In this document: one piece after another, positions 8,493-15,684 of the stretch
How positions within the stretch are numbered: position 1 is the stretch's first letter
Layout: every line of letters starts with the position of its first letter
Assembly: GCA_049414405.1 (NCBI GenBank)
Contig: JBMSAQ010000026.1
Coordinates: forward strand, 4,293 to 36,292
DNA length: 32,000 bases
Reading direction: 5' to 3'
Origin: Candidatus Nanopusillus sp.
GTDB lineage: Archaea > Nanobdellota > Nanobdellia > Nanobdellales > Nanobdellaceae
Notes under the pieces: model-generated
The model's input: the letters and a program-made list of their open reading frames with translations, nothing else
Database searches by the model: none
What the model was told of the DNA's origin: nothing
Translations under genes and position numbers: made by a program

Positions 8493-10012
8493 TTACAATA
8501 TTAAAAATAATTCTTTTGGTACGTATAATATATTATCTCTAAATTCTAATTCATAATCTCCGATAACAATTCCATAATTTGATTTATACCTTTTCATACT
8601 ACTTTTTACTTGTTTTTCACCTTTTTGACTTTTTCCAAATTTAACTTCTACAGGTATTATTTTATTATTGTTAGTCTTTATTAAAAAATCTGCACCATTT
8701 TTATTAGGATCGTAAAAAACCTTTATATTTAACATACTATGAGTTATTTGTATTTTATATAATGTTGAAGCTATATATTCTTCAAATAATAACCCAATAT
8801 CTTCACTTTCCTTAAAAGTTCCTAAATCATCTTTTATCATAAATCTTATTGTTGGAGTTATAAAGCAATATTTTCTTTGTTTTCTGCTTATTTTTTCTTC
8901 TCTTCCTAACGGTTTAATAGAAAAAATTAAAGAAGACATTTCTAAATATCTTAAAATATTCTGTACAGAATCTTTATTTATATTTAAACCTTTTGAAATA
9001 TTTTCAATGCTTGTTTTTTCTGCTCCTGCCAAATAATTTATAATTTTTATAGTATCTTCTATACTAGAAGATTTGATGTTCCCGATCTTAGGGATATCTA
9101 AATAAGAGATTTTTTCGATTGTTTCTAGTAGTAATTGTTCAGAATCTTTTTTATATAATGCTGTAAAAGGAAAACCCCTAAATTTTAGGAAATCTTCAAT
9201 TTCAAATGAATATAATTTTATTTTTTTATAGAGTTTTGAGATTTCAATATTATTAAAAAATTCTTTAGGAAATTCAGGAATAAATGTATCGTTATTTAAT
9301 AATTTTAGTATTTTCTTTTTAAGTATTGCGGTTTTATGATATTCATCCGACTTTTTTAATATTTTCAAATATTCAATAAAGCTTAAAGGAAATAAATATT
9401 CTTTTTTAGCCCTTCTTGCCAAATCTGCACCAGTTTCTTTTTTTAATTCTAATGCGGAGGAACCCGTGGCAATTATAAATATATTTGGATATTCATCATA
9501 AATAATTTTTAATGTTAAAGCCCAATTTGGATTATGGTTTACCTCATCTAATAATAAAAATACGGATTTTTTAGAGGTTGCTAAATCTTCAGATAAAATC
9601 TTAGATTCATAGACTTCTATACAAGACATTAAATCAGAATTGAGACTTTTTAATTTGTCTATAGATATAAACAGTATTCTTTCTCTAAATATATTCTTTT
9701 TTTGAATTAAATACAAATATATTTGATATAATAACGTCGTCTTACATGTTCCTCTTAATCCCGGTATGATAATTAATCTATTAATTTTTTCTTTTTTTCA
9801 AGAAAATTATCTATGTGGTTTTTTATTCTAGAAAAAATATGTCTTGTTGGAAGAGGTTTATCATTAGGGTCTGTGGTATACTTTAAAGCCAACTTTTCTG
9901 TATACAGTATTCTTTTTTTTAGGTAGGTTTTTAGTATATCAATATCTATGATATTGTAATAACATTTAATATTATAAATATTGTTATGTGTCATAATAAT
10001 CGGTATTAACAC
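8493..10012 (-). pseudogene. COG1373-type AAA+ ATPase (DUF4143 family), split by a 1-nt frameshift in an A7-G-A6 tract
   Basis: ORF 9773..10012 ends ...RHIFSRIKNHIDNFLEKKKKLID*. In the next frame the sequence continues KKEKINRLIIIPGLRGTCKTTLLYQIY and runs straight into the 407-aa ORF (8493..9716, which has only a TTG start). The P-loop therefore lies between the two tracked ORFs. The Walker A reads GLRGTCKT (Cys where the invariant Gly of GK[ST] should be). Confidence 0.6.
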
Positions 10013-10154
10013 GCCAATAACAACATACCGGTGTTTAGTATTTACATATATTGTTTTTTCATAGCTGTTGGTATATTAATATTATATTTGTATCCTAAAA
10101 ATCAAGATGAAAGTATAAATTATTATTGTACTAAATTTTGAGATAAAGAGAAAA

Positions 10155-12719
10155 TTATACTATCTTATTTAGTTCTTTTAAACTTCTTTTATCCAAATCT
10201 TTTAATATTATCTGATACAAATTATCATTTTCATCAACAAACAAAATTTTATCATCAAAATTAAATATGTTTTTTGGAGAAATTACCTTTATTTCTAATT
10301 CTTTATTATTTATAAAACTATTTAAAGTTATTGTTTCCCCTTCAACTTCTATTTTCTTTATTTTCTCTATTTTATATATTATAGAATTATATCTAATTGC
10401 ATTTTCTAGTATTTTCCTTGAATTTTCATCTAAAATTGTATAATCTTCTAATAAAAATATTTCATTGAAATTATCATTATAAAATCCTATAAATTTTGGA
10501 TTTGATATTGGAAATAACAATTTAGGCATGATATTTTCATATTTTTTACCGTTATATATAATATTTACTCTACTAGGTCTATCAGTTGATTCTATTTTCA
10601 TATTTTTATCCTTTATTATATTTAAATTAAATATTTGGGGTTTTTCATTAACTTTTTCAATTCTTTCTATATTTTCTATTTGATTCTTAAACAATTCATA
10701 GAATTTTCCCTTTTTCTTAATTAATTCGTTAGGTTTTCCCTCTTCTACAATTCTTCCATCTTCTATAACAATAACCCTATCCATATTTAATATTTCCGAC
10801 AAATTATGCGAAATATATATTAAAGTTTTATCCTTTGAAATATTTAATATAGAAGAAAAAATTTGTTCTCTACTTTTTGAATCAATATTCGATGTTAATT
10901 CATCAAATATAAATATATCGGAATTTCTTATTATATTTCTTGCAATTGCTATTTTTTGTCTTTGTCCTCCAGATAATTTTGTTCCTTCTTCTCCTGCCAG
11001 AGTATCATATGCAAATGGTAATTTAATTATATCATCATGTATATTTACGATCTTACATACTTTAATTATTTCTATCTCATTTATGTTTTGATTTCCATAA
11101 GATATATTATATTTAATAGTATTATCAAAGATTTCTGGATTTTGAGATAAATAAGAAATTTTTTCTCTAAGATATTTTAAATCTATATCTTTTATATTTG
11201 TATTTCCAATTAATATTTCTCCATCGGTTACATCATAAAATCTTAATAATAATTTCGTAATTGTCGTTTTTCCTGCACCATTTTTTCCAACGATAGCAAC
11301 TTTTTCTTTTGGTTTTATTGTAAAAGAAATATTTTTTAATATAGGAAAACCCGGTTCATATCCAAATGTAACATTAACAAATTTTATTTCATCAATAATA
11401 TTGGGTTTTAAAGCGTTTTCTTTATTTAATATTTTTGGTTTATCTTCTAATAATTCTAATATTCTTTCAGCGGAAATTAGAACGTTTGGTATATCTCTAA
11501 AAAACCTTTCGTATGTGATAAGTGGACCATAGATATTCGATGTATAAGTTATAAAAGCAATTAATGTACCCAACATAATCAAATCATTAATTACAAAGAT
11601 TCCACCCATGTACCACAAAAATACAGTAGTCAATTCTAATATAAGAAATGAAAAATCACCTCTCATTGTAATAAGTTTTCCCACTTTAATATCTATTAAA
11701 TACCAAGAGTTTATTATGTTTTTTGTTTTTTCATATTCTTCCTTTTCTTTTGAGAACAGTTTGATACTGTAAAAATTCCTTAGAATATTATTTACTTGAG
11801 TTTCAACATCTACAGACTTTATTCTGGCTTTTTTACTGGCTATTCTAATTTTTCTTTCATAAATTATAAAAATTGTAAAAATAACTGCTGTTGTAATTAT
11901 TACAGGTATTGCTAAAAAAGGCAATAGAAAGAAAAGTATAATAAGACTTCCAATAAGTAATAAAGTATCCATAATTACAATGGGCAATTTTAAAATAAGA
12001 CTATTTATCTCTTCTATATCAGATTGATATCTAACAATTAATCTAGAAGGAGAATATTTTTCTACAAAGGAAACATCGTTAAAAATTATGTGTCCTAATA
12101 ATAGCTCTCTTATTTCTTTTGTAATTTTTGTTTGTATAATATTTGATAAAAAATTTCCTATCAAATATAAAAGCCTATAAGCAACGAATGATATTAACAT
12201 TAAGAAAATTATTGTGATAAATATGTCTAGTGATGGCGTTTCTGATATAAGAACTTTATTTATTAGTAGAGCCGTTAAATAAGGAGGAACCAGGTTTATT
12301 ATAGTACCCACAATAAAGATAATAGTAATTAAAGCAAGTTCTTTCCTATATTTTTTAATAATTTGTATTAAAAACCCACATATTTCTTTCTTTGATCTTT
12401 TCTTTTCTTCTTCCTTTTCAATTATTTCTGTTTTTACTTTTAAATTAAATTCATCTACAATTTTTTGTATGTTATCTGCCTTTTTCTTTGTAAAATATGC
12501 AACCTCAAAAACATTTTTATCTTTATCTATTGCAATTAATTTACATATACTTATTCCATATTCTATATCTAACTTTTCTACATTATCAATTTCTAATATT
12601 TTATTATTATTATTATCATATACAGAAATTTTATCATCTAAAATTTCAATAGTTTCTTCAGTAAAATTGAGATTTCTATCAAGATTGGTTTTAAATATCG
12701 CTTTAAAATGATAAGTCAT
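10155..12719 (-). CDS. ABC exporter, fused permease-ATPase (type I exporter fold) with extra N-terminal (~110 aa) and C-terminal (~170 aa) domains
   Basis: Multiple hydrophobic helices in the TM region before the NBD. NBD motifs: Walker A VGKNGAGKTT, signature LSGGQRQ, Walker B IFIFDE, H-loop ISHN. The extensions lie outside the canonical TMD-NBD core. Confidence 0.85.
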   Translation of the reverse strand: MTYHFKAIFKTNLDRNLNFTEETIEILDDKISVYDNNNNKILEIDNVEKLDIEYGISICKLIAIDKDKNVFEVAYFTKKKADNIQKIVDEFNLKVKTEIIEKEEEKKRSKKEICGFLIQIIKKYRKELALITIIFIVGTIINLVPPYLTALLINKVLISETPSLDIFITIIFLMLISFVAYRLLYLIGNFLSNIIQTKITKEIRELLLGHIIFNDVSFVEKYSPSRLIVRYQSDIEEINSLILKLPIVIMDTLLLIGSLIILFFLLPFLAIPVIITTAVIFTIFIIYERKIRIASKKARIKSVDVETQVNNILRNFYSIKLFSKEKEEYEKTKNIINSWYLIDIKVGKLITMRGDFSFLILELTTVFLWYMGGIFVINDLIMLGTLIAFITYTSNIYGPLITYERFFRDIPNVLISAERILELLEDKPKILNKENALKPNIIDEIKFVNVTFGYEPGFPILKNISFTIKPKEKVAIVGKNGAGKTTITKLLLRFYDVTDGEILIGNTNIKDIDLKYLREKISYLSQNPEIFDNTIKYNISYGNQNINEIEIIKVCKIVNIHDDIIKLPFAYDTLAGEEGTKLSGGQRQKIAIARNIIRNSDIFIFDELTSNIDSKSREQIFSSILNISKDKTLIYISHNLSEILNMDRVIVIEDGRIVEEGKPNELIKKKGKFYELFKNQIENIERIEKVNEKPQIFNLNIIKDKNMKIESTDRPSRVNIIYNGKKYENIMPKLLFPISNPKFIGFYNDNFNEIFLLEDYTILDENSRKILENAIRYNSIIYKIEKIKKIEVEGETITLNSFINNKELEIKVISPKNIFNFDDKILFVDENDNLYQIILKDLDKRSLKELNKIV

Positions 12720-12815
12720 AAAATATAAAAACCTTAAATGAGTTAAAAATTTTATCGTTATATATTATAAAACTTTATAGATAAATTTGTATAGATAAAA
12801 GTATATTTATAATTT

Positions 12816-13055
12816 ATGCCTAAAGGACGGAAAATGGTTTCAATACAAGTAAGAGAGGAAGAATATAAAAAAGCAAAATAACCAGGTATTAATATTTCTG
12901 AAGTATTAAAGAAAGCACTAAGAGAAGAAATTAAAAGAAAAGAAGAAGAAAAAAGATTGGAGACAATAAAAAGGTTAGGAGAGTTATTAGAAAAATCAAG
13001 TATAACTCCAGAAGAAAATATAAAGATAATAAGAGAAATTAGAGAAGAAAATTAA
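12816..13055 (+). pseudogene. vapB: RHH/VapB-like antitoxin gene interrupted by an in-frame TAA at codon 22
   Basis: ATG 12816: MPKGRKMVSIQVREEEYKKAK-TAA(12879-12881)-PGINISEVLKKALREEIKRKEEEKRLETIKRLGELLEKSSITPEENIKIIREIREEN, stop 13053-13055, 1 nt before the ATG of the PIN gene. This is the beta-strand plus helix layout of ribbon-helix-helix antitoxins. Confidence 0.55.
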
Positions 13056-13056
13056 A

Positions 13057-13456
13057 ATGAAATATACAATCAATACTTCTGCTTTAATAGATGTTGTGTT
13101 GAAGTTCTATAAAGAAAACCCAAATTTTATAAACGGGTTAATTGAAGAGAGTATCTTTCCAGATTTAATATTTTATGAAATTGGAAGCTATTTAAGAAAG
13201 TATAAAGAAATAAAGAAAGTTTCTAATAATGAAATAAAAGAAATAACGGAATTATTTAATTATATAATCGGAAAAGCCAAAATAGAGGGCAAGATTAAAT
13301 TATGAAATTCTAGATTTATTAACAAAAGAAAATTTATCATACTATGATGCAGTATATTTATATTTAGCTAAGAAATATAATTTAATTTTAATTAGTGATG
13401 GTAAAGGTTTAATTGAAAAAGGTGCTGTAAGTTCTGATAATTTATTAAAAAATTAA
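13057..13456 (+). pseudogene. vapC: PIN-domain VapC-like toxin gene with a frameshift and an active-site substitution
   Basis: Frame 1 (13057..13305) begins MKYTINTSALIDVV (Asn where the first catalytic Asp of LDTSALI normally sits). The PIN C-terminus ...RLNYEILDLLTKENLSYYDAVYLYLAKKYNLILISDGKGLIEKG... continues in the +1 frame to the stop at 13454-13456. Total length is 400 nt, not a multiple of 3. Confidence 0.6.
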
Positions 13457-13551
13457 AAATTTTGTTTATCTGAAATACTAGAAGAGTTGTTTCTGATTTT
13501 TAAAATTCTTTTATAGTGTTTTAGTAATCAGACATGGAATTATCCTCTACC

Positions 13552-14328
13552 CTAAAAAAATTCATATAAGAAACGATAATACAAAAGAGCTCTACTAACA
13601 TAAATGTCTTTATTTGGATCTGTGTCTATTCCTATGCGGTTATTGATAATTCCTGCTTCATTCTTAATAATATAATAATTCATGTTCCCGCTTGGACGTA
13701 TTATTGATTTTTTCCCCTTAACGTTGTTTAGCTTATAAAGTAAATAACCCACTATGTGTGGGGGTATAGATTTATGAATGAAAATTCTTATGTGGGTACG
13801 ATCTGGATAGAATTCCATATAATATTGTATTGAGGGGTTATTAGTTCCGTTATAATAAGATATAGGCAAGCCTCTAGCTCCAACGTTTCCTATTGGCTTT
13901 TTTAATATATCAATCAAAGTTTCTTTTCGTTTTTCCGGATTTCCGGCTACATCGAATGCAATTTCTATATAATAATTGCTATTTGGATTTACTACATTAT
14001 TATGTTTTGGTAAAGAATTAAAGAACTCTTTTCTTATTTTTTCTATTTTATCATCAAGATCTTCTAACATGTTAAAATACTGAGATACAATATGTAAATT
14101 TACAGAAAATCCTCTAAAACGTGCAAATCGGTCAATAGAATTTAGTACCTTATCAATATTGTTCTTATTGATAGTACTAAAGTAAGGTTCTATTTTTTCT
14201 TTATTATGCTTTATATATTCTGCTATCTGTAATTTTTCATCATCTGAAAGATTCCATCTATTACTTATTGGTTTATAATAAGGATTAATATGCTTCTTAA
14301 ATTCGGCCTTTATTTTATTTAGTACCAT
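13552..14328 (-). CDS. Hypothetical protein (258 aa), no family recognised
   Basis: Long ATG ORF with non-repetitive, mixed-composition sequence (e.g. RFARFRGFSVNLHIV, GARGLPISYYNGTNNPSIQYYMEFYPDRTHIRIFIHKSIPPH). Confidence 0.5.
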   Translation of the reverse strand: MVLNKIKAEFKKHINPYYKPISNRWNLSDDEKLQIAEYIKHNKEKIEPYFSTINKNNIDKVLNSIDRFARFRGFSVNLHIVSQYFNMLEDLDDKIEKIRKEFFNSLPKHNNVVNPNSNYYIEIAFDVAGNPEKRKETLIDILKKPIGNVGARGLPISYYNGTNNPSIQYYMEFYPDRTHIRIFIHKSIPPHIVGYLLYKLNNVKGKKSIIRPSGNMNYYIIKNEAGIINNRIGIDTDPNKDIYVSRALLYYRFLYEFF

Positions 14329-14465
14329 ATAATAATAATAGTAATAATAATATTTATAAACATTATTTCTTTAAAATTCTAGTTTGTCTCCGAGTAGTTA
14401 CTTATATGAATGCAAACCACCAGGTTTTATTAAAAATATTGAAAAAATGTAGTTTAAACAAAATC

Positions 14466-14549
14466 CGCCGCGGGTGGGATTTGAACCCACGCCCCCTTTC
14501 GGGGATATGGTCTCCAGCCATACCCCTTGGTCCGCTCGGGCACCGCGGC
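14466..14549 (-). tRNA. tRNA-Ser (GGA), class II with long variable arm
   Basis: Manual cloverleaf, 84 nt: GCCGCGG-UG-CCC-GAGCGGACCAA-GGG-G-UAUGG-CUGGAGA-CCAUA-UCCCCGAAAGGGGGC-GUGGG-UUCAAAU-CCCAC-CCGCGGC-G. No intron, no encoded CCA. Confidence 0.9.
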
Positions 14550-14554
14550 ATAAA

Positions 14555-14613
14555 TGTCCCCCGCCCATCGCTACCAATATTCATCTTTTCATATTGGTTC
14601 GTCTAAGCGGGGA
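14555..14613 (-). ncRNA. Candidate single-hairpin H/ACA guide sRNA, 5 nt upstream of tRNA-Ser
   Basis: Minus-strand RNA: UCCCCGC / UUAGACGAA / CCAAUAU / GAAAAGAUGA / AUAUUGG / UAGCGAUGG / GCGGGGG / ACA. That is a 7-bp lower stem (6 WC plus a U-G that exists only on this strand), a 9+9-nt internal pocket, a 7-bp upper stem, a 10-nt loop bracketed by GA...GA (K-loop-like), and ACA directly 3' of the stem. It is the only GC-rich non-tRNA island in non-coding DNA. Confidence 0.4.
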
Positions 14614-14649
14614 TACATATTTAATATAATTTAATACAAAAATATTTTT

Positions 14650-15582
14650 ATGTTAACAAGAAATCTATTGGAAAAGATAAATCAAAAGATAAATCAAATA
14701 AAAAGAGGTGAAGAAAATTATGAGGAAGAAAAAATTAATATTGAAAAGTTAGATTTAGATAATTTTGAAGTAAAAGAAAAGAAAAAATATGGATTTATAG
14801 ATTCTTCTCATGTAAATGGGATTGTTGGACCTTATAGTTATATATATTCTAGAGCAGTAATTGTTTCTGATGACATATATGAAATTATAGATGATATAGA
14901 ATTTTTTGAAACATCTTTTATAAGATCAATGAATAATGAAAATTTTGATATTCAAGACATTTCAGAATTATTATCGAAAAATTTAGAATATAAGTTGGCG
15001 AGAAAATATTCTGATAGGTATATATTTATAGATGGATCAATAATATCGGATTCTATATTATATTCAAAATTTTTTGATAATTTTTATGATGAGAATATTG
15101 AAAATAGGAGAAAAGAATTCTTAGAGAATTTCGAATATTTAATGAATGATGGAAATCTATCGGCAGTCGCAAAAAGAATATTAAATTTGGATATAATAAA
15201 AACTGGCAGATCGGATTTATTAACATTGATGAAAGTTTTTCCATCAGAAATATTTTATACAAATATTAAGGAAAAACAATTAAAAGAATTTTTAGGTTTT
15301 AAAATTCCAAACTGTTCATTTTGTAATAAAAAAATATATATGATATATTTCAGGGCTAGATATAATGATCATATATATAGATTGGAAGGAATGGAGAAAA
15401 TTGGAAAAGAAAAGTTCAAAGAAATAATAAAAGAAGTTGTTTATGATCAAAAATCTTATCCTAAATGGTTAAAGTTAGCTCACAACTTATGTAAAATAAC
15501 AAATAAGGAAAAATTAAGATTAGAAAGTTATATTAAGAAAAATTTGGGATTTGAAAAAACTATTGGTTGGGAAACTCATTAG
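14650..15582 (+). CDS. nurA: NurA-family nuclease
   Basis: Three blocks typical of NurA as I recall it from Sulfolobus: KYGFIDSSHV...YIYSRAVIV, DRYIFIDGSIISD, and C-terminal SYPKWLKLAHNLCKI (YP..L..AH). 310 aa. Confidence 0.6.
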   Translation: MLTRNLLEKINQKINQIKRGEENYEEEKINIEKLDLDNFEVKEKKKYGFIDSSHVNGIVGPYSYIYSRAVIVSDDIYEIIDDIEFFETSFIRSMNNENFDIQDISELLSKNLEYKLARKYSDRYIFIDGSIISDSILYSKFFDNFYDENIENRRKEFLENFEYLMNDGNLSAVAKRILNLDIIKTGRSDLLTLMKVFPSEIFYTNIKEKQLKEFLGFKIPNCSFCNKKIYMIYFRARYNDHIYRLEGMEKIGKEKFKEIIKEVVYDQKSYPKWLKLAHNLCKITNKEKLRLESYIKKNLGFEKTIGWETH

Positions 15583-15655
15583 GGTCCGGGGCGGGATTTG
15601 AACCCGCGATCTTCGGGTCCACAGCCCGACGCCTTACCACTAGGCTACCCGGACC
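15583..15655 (-). tRNA. tRNA-His (GUG) with genome-encoded G-1
   Basis: Manual cloverleaf, 73 nt: G(-1)-GUCCGGG-UA-GCCU-AGUGGUA-AGGC-G-UCGGG-CUGUGGA-CCCGA-AGAUC-GCGGG-UUCAAAU-CCCGC-CCCGGAC-C. The 3' end abuts the NurA stop codon. Confidence 0.9.
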
Positions 15656-15684
15656 ATAAAAAGTATTATAAAATTCATATTTTT

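Noticed and set aside
10001-10030. Inverted repeat CGGTAT-N18-ATACCG in the spacer between the AAA+ remnant and the ABC exporter
   Set aside because: It has only 6-bp arms with a large loop and overlaps the dubious GTG start of the remnant ORF. That is too weak to call an RNA or operator.
12879-12881. In-frame TAA in the antitoxin as possible stop-codon reassignment or readthrough
   Set aside because: TAA is used as the ordinary terminator of many well-supported genes in this window (uS14, uS8, RNR and others), so genome-wide recoding is excluded. A local lesion is the simpler explanation.
13385-13500. GUGAUGG followed by three CUGA motifs, possibly a C/D box sRNA at the end of the VapC remnant
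   Set aside because: The spacing is wrong: 32 nt from the C-like box to the first CUGA, against about 12 nt expected. The C box is imperfect, and the first part is explained by the PIN coding sequence.
14329-14352. (AAT)n-like microsatellite ataataataatagtaataataata upstream of the 258-aa ORF
   Set aside because: It is short, imperfect and typical of AT-rich promoter spacers. There is nothing to suggest function or instability from this single sequence.
14402-14606. Two tracked ORFs (14402..14584 minus, 14406..14606 plus) with Gly/Pro/Arg-rich translations
   Set aside because: They exist only because the GC-rich tRNA-Ser and the adjacent GC-rich hairpin lack stop codons. Their sequence is fully explained by the RNA genes.
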